From Chara braunii (lineage: Eukaryota > Plantae > Charophyceae): 64,000 nucleotides of DNA. The position numbers and the translations under genes were made by a program. The notes below the pieces were generated by a model. That model was not told the origin of the DNA. It saw nothing but the letters and a program-made list of their open reading frames with translations, and ran no database searches. The number at the start of each line of letters is the position of its first letter. Position 1 is the first letter of the stretch. Shown in pieces: positions 13,168 through 26,005 of this stretch. Location: NCBI GenBank assembly GCA_003427395.1, contig BFEA01000031.1, positions 1,570,138 to 1,634,137 on the forward strand, in the 5' to 3' direction.

Positions 13168-13650
13168 GTAGGAGTTAGTTCAATTCCTACATTTTCTGAG
13201 TTAACTTGATTTTACATAGTTCAATTATCGCATTTTCTGGGATCATTTATTTTACTTAGCTTTGTACAGATTTTGGAAAGACACTTCTCCTACGGGAAGC
13301 GATGCTGAAATTTCTGCAAATTCAAGGAGTTAGTTAGAATTTTTGTTTTTCACAAAGTTTGATTTTTTTGACTTCATATATGACTTAGTACGAATCTTGG
13401 AATCGTACCTTTTTAAAAGAGATGCTGCCCATATGTTTACTAATTCAGGGAGTTAGATAAAACTTGACCTTGTGAAGTCAGGATCACTTTTAGATTTTAT
13501 GTTTAGTCTTATATAAATTCTGCAAAAATATTTTTCCTACGGGAAGCGCTGTCAAAATTTCCTGAAATATAGAGGAGTTATAATATTTTAGAACCATTGA
13601 AAGTTTGACAGTCTGCCCTCGCGTAGGGGAGATACTGCCGAAAATTTTTA
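13168..13650. repeat. Degenerate ~120-155-bp repeats with GGAGTTA(G) and CCTACGGGAAGCG motifs
   Basis: GGAGTTA near 13170, 13327, 13449 and 13574. CCTACGGGAAGCG near 13289 and 13536. Confidence 0.55.
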
Positions 13651-14135
13651 ATATTTCAAATAAGTATCAGATGTGAGGTAGGGAGATAAGATCTATTTTA
13701 TAAGTCACTCAAGCATAGTTTGGTCAGTGGTCTGTGTTGTGTTGAAGGTCATTCTTATTTCAAATTGGTTCAAGGCTTGATTAACTTATAGTTGATCCTA
13801 CGAGGATCATCTTATGTTATCTTTTGATAACAGGTCGGTTTCCAGTTCAACTCTAATTCATTCTCACTACTCAACCTAAGGCTTTAGCCCCTGTGGGTTG
13901 AAATGTTTCTTGGGGTTTTACCAAAACTTTTATGAAATGGTCATTTAAAAGACTGAGTGTTTTTTCTTTGGGAGATTGGACAAAGGTTGAGATTTGTGTG
14001 GCTAAAGCAAAGGGTGTGAGTACAGAGAGTGGTTGAAGTTGACCCCGTGAAGTGTGTGTTTTGTTGATGTTGGATCGGTTGATGTGATTGCAGATATGTC
14101 TTGTGAGTTGAAGTCCAGATTTGATTTTGTATACG

Positions 14136-14137
<2 letters not shown>

Positions 14138-14217
<80 letters not shown>
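14138..14217. repeat. (AT)n microsatellite
   Basis: About 40 AT units, read directly. Confidence 0.98.
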
Positions 14218-14219
<2 letters not shown>

Positions 14220-15559
14220 GAGAGTGATCGTCGCGTATTTTATAACCTTTTGTATTTATTTTTCCGAGTCTTATGTCCACATGGTCATTGTTGTCATGCG
14301 TAATGATTAAATAGTTATGTATCAAAAGAGAGGTCAAATCCCTCTTTTCCTTTTGCTTCTTAGAATTACTACAATTGGACGTTGAAGTCCGTGACAACCG
14401 TCAAAGTCAAACCCCTTGATTTCTCTCTAGGCCCTGGATGATGGAACCCGCCTCCAAGGCCACGAGAGTCGACTACCACCATAGGCCGGAACCTGTATAC
14501 CACCCACTCTCCACAGTGTGCAAACGAGGGTGTGGTTCTCAACCGTCTTAGTGGTTGTTTAGCATCGAGAGATTGACCCCTCAAGGCGCGTGTCAGCCAA
14601 CACTTGAGTGTCGAAGGTGACCATCGAGCGCTCTGAGGGCCTTGCAATTATGGGTACTACATAGTACGCCTTCACCGCGACCGCTTGCGTATTCATGCAT
14701 TGCTAGTCGATATGATTAAGACTGGTGCTGCTGCGATATTTATTCGGAGTCTCACGTGCGATACTCGTCTGATCCAATTAGTAAAAGTTATGGGTCTAGC
14801 GTGGAAAAAGAGACTAGCGTGATTTACATATGGAGTACGATTTTAGTTTTTGTGAGACGTGTCGCATGGTTAGATTCGACTGTCCTAGTCGACCAAGGTA
14901 GGATCACATTCGAGAGATCAACGCCTCGGGCGACGGTTCGTGCACGGGTCCGGTTCAGGTGTTAACCGCGCGTACCCCCTATGCTACAGCAAACGAGAAA
15001 CGCCTTCGGTCGGACCACCTCTGCGATTGCATATGAAAAGCCTTCGCATGTGGTTCCGTAGTTTGGCAGGGATACGCCCACCTAAGGGATCGTGACAGCT
15101 CCTGCAGGTGGAGGTAAGTTGTACCTCGCGTGGCTCAATCCTTTCATAGGGGTTCACGAGAGGTATAGCTGGCGCACTTGGCCGGAGCGGCAACGCTCTA
15201 CGACGAAGTCCTGCAAAATTCTGCGTCACGCGGCCGGGAGGGTCCCCTCTACGAGACCGATGCCCTCAACAACGCCTAGTAGGAGGACGAAGAGGACGAG
15301 GATCATGAGAGACGCGAGGGGAAGAAGGGGAGGGTGCACCAACGTCTCTAGGATCGACCAACGATGAGCTCAAGCCCGAGTGCTCATAAAGAATAGCAAG
15401 CAGCGCGAAGGTAGAATTGCGAGCGGGTATGCCTACTATTGTAGGAGGATCAGAGGGACGGGAGATCGCCTCTAGGTGGTTGCGGTGCTGGATGTCGAAA
15501 CGAGGGGGTCAGGCTGAGGGCGAAACTGCTGAGCAAAGTGGCGCTGGAGGGCGTCAGCG

Positions 15560-17482
15560 TAGGGGCCGGTGGATGGGGTGTGACCAAGTAGGCGACAACG
15601 GGTACATATACCTCGTGTACGGAAGTCCTCACTCTCCATGATAGTCAATCGGGCTCGAGGGAAGACGTAGCCCGATGGGAGGGGCTATTGTGTGGCCGAT
15701 GAGCTGGTCCTCGATAAGGAGGACTGGCGTTGCCTGAGGAAAGCAAAGAACACGGACGAGGTGCTCGTCCTGGTCGGGATCGTCACCATCCACAGGAGAC
15801 TGGGGGTCATGTCCCTGGTCCGGGTCACTATGGGATCCATCCGAACCAGTACCCTCCTAAGCGCTCGACGACTCGCGGAGCATAGTCTAGACACGGCAGA
15901 AGAAGGCGCGTCCAGGAACTTGGCGAGGGTCGCGGAGAGACGTGGAGAACTGTTGGGGGCGAGATGTGTCAGGGTCAGACTTGGCAACGGGAGGTGTAGC
16001 ACCAGGTTCAGATGTGGAACCCACAAGAGTTGCATAGGTGAGCTGGATGGTCCTGGCAATGTTGAAGGCCTCAGGGAGGATGTGGATTTTGTATGCCAAC
16101 ATCTGAAGCTGGAAGGGTTGGGGTAACCTGGCACAGAAACGCTGGACCATAGCATCGTCGACTATGAGGGAGGGGGGAATCTGGGCATGAACAAGGTGGA
16201 ATATCGTGATGTACGACTCTAAAGCATTGTTGCCACCAAGTCATCCGATCTCAGCGACCCGTGTGATTGGGTCACGGGTAGGCGTCGGGCGAGAGAAGTA
16301 CTGCTGGAGAAAATCACGAAACTCTGCATACGTCATACTCGCATGAACGCCCTGCTGAGCACGAAGGGCGAGAAAGTCGCGCCAAGTGGAAGTCGCTCGA
16401 GCTGTGAAGCGAGCTGACATCTTCGTAGGCCACAGGTCCATGTTTACACCATGGTACCAAAGGTGCTCCTCGGTTGTGGTGATCCATCCCAAGAGTTCAG
16501 AGGCCTTGCCATCGAACTGGGGGAGTCTGTTAGGGCGGTATCGAGGTACATATGGCGGCGACTGATAATGAGGAGGGAGGGGGAGGGCACACTGTGACAA
16601 GAGGACATTGGAACTAGGGGCACCCGCACGGGTACTAAATAAGGCAGGAAGTTGAGGCAAAGGGCCGTGAGACATCGTGGTGGCCGATGGAGGAAGAGTA
16701 AAGTGCATCGCAGTGGCCTGTGTCTGATGCTGCTGGTAGACGAAAGCGGCAGCATGTTGTGCCGCGAGGTGGGGAGGCAAGGGTTGACCTCCTTGGAGCT
16801 GGCGGATGTGATCGTGCACCATGGCAAGTTGGCTTTGGAGCTCAACATTTTGTGTCTTGGGTGTCATAGGGGGTGGGCGGGGAGGTAAAGAAGTGGGGTG
16901 TGGTGAGGTAGGTGTCGTGGAAACTAAAATTGAGGAGGTGGCGGGACACGATGCCATGGGTCATGAGGAGGGAAGTGTGGAGGTGGAAACTTGGGAGGAA
17001 GAGATGGCTGCAGAAGAAGGGTGGGTCAGGGGAGAAGGCATACCACTCGTGGAAGAGACAAGCGTGTAGATGACGCCAGCCGAAGAAGGAGAGGAAATAG
17101 GCATAGATGTTGATGACGCGGGTGGGAGGGAGGACTGTGGGATACCAGATTCGGGAAAGGGGAGGTGTGATCCACTAGGAGGATGTGTGTGGGAAGAGGA
17201 GGGGGGGGGAAGAGAGGAGGGAGGTGTGGTGGCACGCGACTCCATCTGTAACATCCAGTCTGACAAAGTATCGAAGTTGGTTTGCATGGCCGTGAATTTG
17301 GCCTCGAATGTGGCCCGCATGTGCTGGAGGATGGCTAGTACAGGGTCTGACTGGGTGGCGGGGCCCGAACTGGCGGCCGCAGGGGTGAGAAGCTCCGCCG
17401 AGTCAGGCATGGTGTCACGAGCTAGGAACGCAAGGCCTTCGTTCATGGACCGGGAGGGACTTGCGAACTCAACACTTTGCAT
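15560..17482 (-). pseudogene. gag: Ty3/Gypsy-type gag, disrupted by stops and a frameshift
   Basis: In-frame pieces 17482-16961, 16957-16241 and 16150-15887. Retrotransposon-gag-like RLPQFDGKASELLGWI...W...TYAEFRDFLQQYF. Degenerate zinc knuckle CTRCRLLGHTPSTG at 15606-15565 in another frame. Confidence 0.8.
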
Positions 17483-20400
17483 ATAGTCAAGGGATGAAGA
17501 TGATGAAGAGGGGGAACTTGGATGGGGGGGATGCTCAGTGGCAGCGATCGACGTGTCAAAGCGAGTAAGTCGGTGTGCGGCACGGGCATCTCGGGTGCGA
17601 TTTTGGAGTACACGTTGCTGGTTGTCTTGGGGAGCCAGATTGGCATGCAGAAATGGGGGTAAGAAAGGAATGCGTGTAGAAATGGGCTTTAGCGAACTTC
17701 CGGAATTAAATCAAGACAATTCAAAATCGGATTAAGGGAGGAAGGGAAAAATTTTCAATTGGAGCCAGGAAAATAAAAAGAAATTTTCACAAAACGACAT
17801 GGGGCATAAAGGAAAGCATGTGTAAGACAATCACGAAGTCAAAATAAAATTCCAAAATTAATTGGACGTAAATTCGAAATTTAACTAGGCTACCAGCCGG
17901 GCCGTCCGGGTCCCGGGTGGCCAGCCCGTGCAAGGACCAAGGAAGGTCCCAGAAAAAAAAAACAAAAAAAAAACAAAAATCCAAAAAATCAAAAAAAAAA
18001 CTATGTTATGCAGAAAACTAAACTGAACAACTTTTGCCTTAGGGTCACATTGAAATTCTTCACCAACTTTAAAATAAATAATAAATTTTAAAAATATTGT
18101 TTTATTTTTAGTTTTTTGGCCCGGGCGGGCAAGTGACCCCGGGCCACTCTGGTGGCCTAAGAATTTAAAAAAAATTGAAGCAAAATTCAAGAAATTTAAA
18201 AAATATTCAGAAAAAAATATATAAAAGTCCGGGGAGATGATAGAAGAGGTAGAGATGAATGCATAAAAGAATTTTAAATTAAAATAGAAAATTCCTTGGC
18301 GTGTTTTTGGAATTAAAAGAATTCTGAAAGCAATTTGAAATAAAAATTGAAGACTAGTACCTAATTGAAGGATTTACGATGAAATCGCAGAAAGAGTTTA
18401 ATGGTCAAGTAAATTGAATTGGGAGGAATTTCAAAATTATTCAAATGAAAAGAATAAATTGTATCACATGTTGTAAAATTATGAAGAATTTCAAAGAAAT
18501 TTTTAAAAAACTCCAAAATAATTTCAAAAAAAATTGCGGAATTTTAAAATTTTACGAGGGATACAAAGTAGAAGTACAGTGGATGTCGAGAGGATTAAAT
18601 TTAGTAAATTCTGAAATGTATTTCACTAATTTCTGAATTAAAATCAAATTTTAAACTAATTTACGAAAGAATTTGATATAATAGGTCGGCGTTCCGTGCA
18701 GCAGGATGAACGACATTGTCAGACAAGCACAAAAAGAGGATATATGCGTTAGGAATTTTAGATAATGCGACCAATTGGATGGGATGGGAGAGGACGAAAG
18801 GGAAAATGGAGAGGAAAAAAATGAGATGTTTTAGAGAGATCGGTGGGAGGAAGGGAGGGAATTAGTAAGAGGTAGAGAAATTCATAATACCACACTCCCA
18901 GTCGGTCGGGAGTAATCAAGGTCCTTCCTCCTAGCCAAGGAAGGTCTTCAATCAACCCCTAAAGGGTCTTATCGATCGTTCCCCGGCCTCAGTGGAACGG
19001 CAAGGTCGCCGGATTAAATGCGCGAACTGATGATGACGGACCACTGCAATGATAACGTCGGCAATGGCGGCAATGACAAGGACGATGATGATGATGATGA
19101 TGATGATGATGCTGATGTTGATGATGATGATGGCGGCCACGAACCAATTATCCGTGTGGTAACTTTTTCGACCCCTCTAGCTTGAAGTCTCGAAACGCTA
19201 AAGAATCGGTAGGCCAAACTCTCACATATTGTATTCGTAGTGGAGATCAAAATCAAATGAGTTTTTGCCCTCGTGCGCCAAACGAGATTTATTTTCTCGT
19301 TGCGCTCATCGTAGGACACCTGCATCATCTTCTAACAGATGTGCCACTCCCGCCAAGGCCCAGGTGTGCATGTGTGCGCAGGCGGAAGGTAATGGGGGAG
19401 CAACGTGGTGAGAGGTGGGGAGGCCGATCGCGCAGGGAAATTGGGGAGTAAGGGGGGTGACGCAGTAGGGAGGAGCGGGAATGGGAATCGGGTCGAGGGG
19501 GATCGGGGTGAAAAGTAGGGAATGGTGGGGGGAAATCGCGTGGGAGGGGGGAACGGGTTGGGCGCTTGGGGGGTCGGAATCGGGGGCAGGGGGTGTGGGG
19601 GAAATCGAGGATAATTGGGATCAGGGGGCGAAGGTGAGGGAAAGTCGGAGGGGAGTTGGGGGAGACGCGGGGGAATCGGGATTGAGGACGACTGGGGAAG
19701 GGGAGGGAATTCGGGATCTGGCAGAGGGAGACGGAGCAGTGGTGCACGTGTGCGCGCAGGGGGAGGGGGTTCACGGGGGATAGGGAGTTGCGGAATCGGG
19801 AGGGCAGCAGAAGCGGGAGTGGAGCGGCATGAGCGAAGAGGGAGTGGAGTCGGTGCGTGGGGGAGTCACGTGGGCGGGGAGCGGAAGCGGGGTCAGGATC
19901 GGGGAGGCGGGGCGCAGTTAGGGGGGGGGAAGGTTGGGATTAGGGTGATTGGATTGAAGAGGTGGGGCAGGGAGCGGAAGCGGAATTGGGTGGGGGGAGG
20001 TGCGGATGCGGGGAGAGGAGGAAGGGTAGCAGGGTCGGGAGTCGGGAAGGAGGATGGGGAGGAGCGGGGTTAGAGATGTGAAGGGGGATTTGGGATCGGG
20101 ATCGAGATCAGAGGGTCGGGGCGCAGTTGGGGAAGGAGGAGGGGAGCGGAATTAGAGCGGGGAAAGAAACAGTCGGGACTGGGGTTGGCCTCGGAATGGG
20201 AAGCGGGCAAAGTCGGGATCGGGATCGGGATCGGGATCAGGATCGGCAGAGGGGGAGGAGGTGGGCGGGGAGAAGTTGGGTTGGGATCGAGAGATCGTGG
20301 TGGGAGAAGATCGGGGTCGGGGCGGAGGGGGAAGGAGTAGCGATGGGGAGGGAAAAAACGGAAAAGGGCGGGAAGGGGGGGGAATCAGGATTAGAAGAGC

Positions 20401-21211
20401 GATTGAGGGAAGAGGGGGAGGAGGGTGGGAGAGAGCACATGCACGTTCATGTGTTCGGGGAGGTAGTAGGGGGTGTGGGATCGGTCGGGATCAGGGCCGC
20501 GAGGTAGGGATGACGTGGCAGGCGGATCAGAAGGCAGGGTAGAGGGGGAGGAATGTGCGCACGTACACGCAGCAAGGCAAGCGATAGGAGGGAAGGGGGG
20601 GGGAAGAGAAGGTTGAGGGGTGGGCAGCAGTCGAGGAGATGAGGAAATGGCTGCAGAGTGGGAGGGGGGAAAGAGGGATTGAGATCGGAGTTGGGGAGGG
20701 GGGGGGCGAGTCGGTGTAAGATAAGAGAAGTTGGGATTGGAGGGGGAAGAGGAGAGGGGGGGGAAAGGATGTGCTGACGGACGGGAAGTGGGCAGTCCAC
20801 GTGTCAATGACCCTTCCGCAACTTCACCTATGGGGACCTTGATACGACTTCTCCTTCCTCCAATGATAAGGCTCGATGGACTTCTCACAGCACTGCCAAC
20901 TTCGAACTGCCGATGTCACCGCAGTCCAGACACGTCACCGAGCCGTTCAATCGGTAGGAGCAACAGGCAGTGGACGTGTGTTAGTGCAAGCAGTACCATC
21001 AGGTTGACGTCGGCAGCCGGTAGGAGAGCCGCAGCAGCTGGAGCAGTGTGTCTTGGGGATCGTCAAGGAGAAAGGCGCCAGCTTGGAAAAAAAATGTACC
21101 TGGTCACGTTAACAGACCAGGTGCGGCTGCAGGAACAAGCTCGGAGATGGCTATCCGTGATGTAGGATAGCGAAAGGGGGAAGGGGGGAGGGAGCAGAGG
21201 TTTGACACTCC

Positions 21212-21223
21212 GCTCCGATACCA
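21212..21223 (-). promoter_or_regulatory. Primer-binding site for initiator tRNA-Met, next to a 5' LTR end
   Basis: Minus strand reads ...GTTACA-T-TGGTATCGGAGC against the canonical TGGTATCAGAGC. The LTR edge is at 21225, upstream of gag on the same strand. Confidence 0.8.
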
Positions 21224-21260
21224 ATGTAACGCACGTGTAGAAGGTGCGTGCAGAGATGGT

Positions 21261-21309
<49 letters not shown>

Positions 21310-21654
21310 NNNNNNNNNNNNNNNNNNNNNNNNNNNNNNNNNNNNNNNNNNNNNNNNNNNNNNNNNNNNNNNNNNNNNNNNNNNNNNNNNNNNNNNNNNN
21401 NNNNNNNNNNNNNNNNNNNNNNNNNNNNNNNNNNNNNNNNNNNNNNNNNNNNNNNNNNNNNNNNNNNNNNNNNNNNNNNNNNNNNNNNNNNNNNNNNNNN
21501 NNNNNNNNNNNNNNNNNNNNNNNNNNNNNNNNNNNNNNNNNNNNNNNNNNNNNNNNNNNNNNNNNNNNNNNNNNNNNNNNNNNNNNNNNNNNNNNNNNNN
21601 NNNNNNNNNNNNNNNNNNNNNNNNNNNNNNNNNNNNNNNNNNNNNNNNNNNNNN
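21310..21654. other. Assembly gap (others at 25676-25781, 30976-31011, 39436-39538)
   Basis: N runs, mostly flanked by dinucleotide repeats. Confidence 1.
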
Positions 21655-22155
21655 AGAGAGAGGGGGGGAAAGGATGTGCGGTCGGCCCAGTGAGGATTCT
21701 CTCTCTCTATATATATTATGTATATATTCTATATATATTATGTATATATTATGTATACAATATTCTGAATTTATTTATCATTGAATTCATTATTAAAAAT
21801 AGTTTAATAGTATTATTCATACTATGCTCTTTATATGATATAAAATTGATAGATTGCCTATATAACATAGCATCCAGGGTGAGTTCCGCTTTACCTCTGA
21901 TCCCAACGTGGATGCTGGAGAGAATACAATCCCACTCTAGATCCCGAACGACCTTGATGAAAGGAGAACTGGCAAACTGTCCCAACCGTGGATGAAGGAA
22001 ACAACCGTGGAGAGTCCTTGGGCAAAGAGGTGGACTGCCGAAAAGACAGTTGGGTTTCGAAAGGCCGTACTTTGAGGTACCGGCATCGCAAAACTAACCA
22101 GTCCGTGCCCAACCAGTAAGGCGGACGTAGGACAACTCCTTTCTTCCACCTGCTC

Positions 22156-22265
22156 AAGTCTACCCAACTTCTGCTTGAGATCCTGAAGTGTTGTCGAGTG
22201 GCCGAAAATCAAGTCTACCCAACTTCTGCTTGAGATCCTGAAGTGTTGTCGAGTGGCCGAAAATC
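22156..22265. repeat. Perfect 55-bp tandem duplication
   Basis: AAGTCTACCCAACTT...GGCCGAAAATC occurs twice, at 22156 and 22211. Confidence 0.95.
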
Positions 22266-23585
22266 GTGTTTTCGACAGTGGTGTGGCGAGCCGCTAAGTG
22301 GAGCCAATACTTTTTTTTTTGAGAGTTTGGCACGTCCGACAGCTCTAGAAGGACTCACAATTTTTTCTGCGTAGTGGAGAGAGACCCATGTCTCCAACAG
22401 TGAATATGCCAGTACTGCAGCACTTCCAACCCTAAGGCAACCTCTCTACCTTCATTGCAGCATTGACAGGGAATTCCAGCATTCCTCTGCCAACCCCGCC
22501 CTCTCCTGCTGCCCACGCCCCCTCTTTATTTGATGGGGCAATCTATCATATATCGATGCTGTTTGCACTCCATCCTCCCCTGTACTGTGGCTGCGGCCTT
22601 TTGGCTTTGTATTGTGTACCTCACTCTGTGCCTCTGTACCCGGTTTCAGCACGTGCTGCTTCCCCTGACTACTGGAGCCATCTGCTCAGATGGTCCTCCC
22701 TTCCTGCTGACGGCTACGATATGGATGTTTCTGAAAAAACAGATGGTCTGGAGCAGTCTACTGCTGGTTCCGCGCCAGAGTTAAGCATCCCGCACCATCT
22801 GTCCATCAGGGGTATCTGCTTGTCTTGTCTCTTTCTCTACGAGGGAATCCGGATTGTCGAGAACTCTTCACGGGGTCGCTCCACTCCTCACCGCCACAAG
22901 CCCAAACGACACACAAATATGGCGGAGTATCTTCCCATGGACTAGCGGAAGATTCTTTCTCATTTTGCTCTCTTTTTTTTGCTCATTTGGTGAGTAGTGA
23001 GTAGGCTCATACGCAAAAGCGTGCACTGAAAAAAAAACAAAACAAAAGCGTGCAACACACACACACACAAAAAAAAAAAGGACAAAAAAGGGCGTTGCTC
23101 CACTGCTTTCGAGCCATGACGGCCGGTCCAACACGCTGACAACCCCTACGGCGGCGAATGGAACTTCGTGTCCGCCAAAACGGCCCAAAAAAAAAAGAAA
23201 AAAAAGAAAAAAAAGAAAAGAAAGAACTTCAAAGAAGAAAGAAAAAACTTCGTGTTCATCCTGACTGCCCTTTCGACGACTTGAAGGGCCACACATTTCG
23301 CTCCCTCACCCCCGCTCCCTCCCCCCAGCAACAATATGAAACTGGCCTCCGAAGATCAAGAAGGCAAATGGTCCCAGATATGAAGCCAGATAGATGTTAA
23401 ACATTCACAGCGTGTCACTCTTGGGCCTACTGGTAGTTGCACCACTTGCCATCCGTCCGACAAACATTTGGAATGAATCGAAACAACGAAATGGGGCAGG
23501 TACATTTGGAATGAATATAAACCCAAGGGGTCTGTTGGCACACCAATGAATTGAAATGAAAGTGATGATGATGAGATGAAAGTAG

Positions 23586-23709
23586 GGGCCTCGCTCCACC
23601 ACCCTCGAATGTGCAAAACGAGAGTGAATCTGCCGGTAGAACATGGAAAGATACATCGTCGCCATGATTTATGTCTTTTGAGCATGTCGAGAGTAGTGGA
23701 GCGAGGCCT
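23586..23709. mobile_element. Tourist/Harbinger-like MITE (degenerate)
   Basis: TIRs GGGCCTCGCTCCACC / AGTGGAGCGAGGCCT belong to the same family as 35035. TSD not matched. Confidence 0.55.
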
Positions 23710-23978
23710 ATAACGGTACCACTACTACGGTAGTACGCCTCGACCCCTTGGTAGGGCCTCGCCCCACGCTCAGGTACCCCAATTTCTCGTTTTCCCTGCC
23801 GTAGAGATTACGGCTATCGAACGGCCTGCCAGACATCAGGAATATATATACTTATACTGATAGTAGTGGGTAGGTCCCACTTGCACGAATTAAGAGATCC
23901 TGACCGTAAGTAGATTGCAAAGATCAACAGCCGAAATCTCCTAATTTGCGTGAGCCGGACGTTGCCCCGAAGGGGGAA

Positions 23979-24018
<40 letters not shown>

Positions 24019-25563
24019 CAGTTCATTCGACTGCTGAAAGGTTGCGAGTGTTCGTTTCTACTGCGGGGTCTGAATGGGTAAAGGGCGTGCACTTTTCCAT
24101 GGATGTATGTGACCGAAAAGTGGACCACCTTCCTTCTAACACATCTTAAGCGGGCCAGGCTCGTGTTCGCAGAGGGGAATTCCTGAGCGCACTCAGGCCG
24201 CGTGTGCACTCACACAATGCTTTTTCCAGCCAATCTCGGCAGAATACGTCCATGAGTGACCTTATTTGCGGTCAGATTCATCCAGTGTGGATGAGAGTTG
24301 GCCTCTCCTTTCCTGAATGGGTGGAAGTTGGCCACTCCTTCCCTCCAAAAAGCATTCGGAGAAGACCCTAAGGGAAAAAAAAGTGAGCGTCAAGAAAAAG
24401 AAAAAGAAAAGCAATTGGGTCGAAAGCACTGGTCATATATGTCTTGTTTGTCAAATTTTGAAAAGTTTATTCAACTTGAATATTCTGCTCATCCAGCGGT
24501 ATCAGTTCGTAGTTCTTCTTGATCGAACGGGGGCCGTTACACCCCACAGGGAATATGAAATTTATGAAATTGCCCGCCGTGCAGGCACTACGCCGGGTAG
24601 CGCGGGAGGTGCAAGCTGGAGCGTGTGTGTGTGTTTTGGAGCCGAATGGGGACAACACAAAAGGATAGAATGAGGTGGGTGTTTGAGGAGGAGGGGGTTG
24701 TCATCGGGAAAAGACAGAGGGGTGAGGGACGTCGCAAAGCGACGCAAAAATAGAGGGTAGAAGAGTGGGGGGTGGAGGGTGGGGGTGATTGGAGAGTGCT
24801 GCACACACACACGCACACGCACACGCACACACAACGCACACACAACGCACACACAGAGGAATGGCTGTGGATAGCATGTAAGCAACCCTTTTAGGTTGTC
24901 GTTCACGGCATGGAGGTAGTGTTTTTTTCCGGATTCCGATTTGTCGTTCACGCCATGGGGTATCCCGATTTGTCGTTCACGCCATGGAGTTAGTTTTGGG
25001 GGGGATCCCGATCTAATCTATACACCGGTGGGCGAGGGTGCCAACTCTGCTGCCTGTGATTGGCAACCGGCCGACGTGTCACGAGATGGAGGGTAATTGA
25101 GATTGATTGAAATTAACGGGGCAGGACTGAGACAGATGACAAGGCGAGGAGAGAAGGGAAACCAACGCCTTGCGTACATATATATGTCTGTCTTCTTATC
25201 GCAGTCGATGATAGCACTTGAACCGTCCTGGGTGCTTATGCGTCTGCATGTCTGCTGTCTCTGATGCAGCGAATGTGTTGTCGTCTGCCTGCAAAGGGTT
25301 TGTGTTCGCTGTCTATATCCACGAAAATCTCTCTTCTGATACCAAGTGCATGCCAACAAGGTTCACCGTGAGACGAAGTTTAGTGACTGTCGGTTATCAT
25401 TCTGTGAAGTTATGCAAGGAGAAAGATCGGACGTCATGGGTAGAGAAACAGTTGTGCCTCCTCTTCCATTTGTGCAGGTGATTCCTTCGTTTGCCTACAG
25501 TCTTCTCCCTCTCCGCTGCTCCCACCCTCTCCTCTGAGCTCTGACTGTCATTGGTGTTAGTCC

Positions 25564-25596
<33 letters not shown>

Positions 25597-25612
25597 ACAC
25601 ACACACACACAC

Positions 25613-25675
<63 letters not shown>

Positions 25676-25781
25676 NNNNNNNNNNNNNNNNNNNNNNNNN
25701 NNNNNNNNNNNNNNNNNNNNNNNNNNNNNNNNNNNNNNNNNNNNNNNNNNNNNNNNNNNNNNNNNNNNNNNNNNNNNNNNN

Positions 25782-25826
<45 letters not shown>

Positions 25827-25875
25827 ACTCTCTTCTGCGAGTTCTGACTGTCAACTGTCAATGATGTGAATCACA

Positions 25876-25970
<95 letters not shown>
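25564..25970. repeat. (CA)n(GA)n compound microsatellites directly upstream of the U-box gene
   Basis: Read directly. Similar tracts at 33253, 34266, 39370, 40656 and 63911. Confidence 0.95.
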
Positions 25971-25973
<3 letters not shown>

Positions 25974-26005
25974 GCTGGGGGGGGGATTAGAGAGGACGAA
26001 GAGCT

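Larger units (their letters stand above)
15560..21309 (-). mobile_element. Gag-bearing LTR retrotransposon remnant (LTR edge, PBS, ~3.7-kb leader, gag); outer limits not resolved
   Basis: LTR-end/PBS and gag lie in the expected order. The LTR runs into a (GT)n tract and an assembly gap. No pol recognised. Confidence 0.65.

Noticed and set aside
19325-21165. Many overlapping Gly/Pro-rich ORFs
   Set aside because: Artefacts of G-rich low-complexity leader sequence.
25333-25344. Second iMet PBS (TGGTATCAGAAG on the minus strand)
   Set aside because: Only a 10-nt match, with no supporting LTR or gag nearby.
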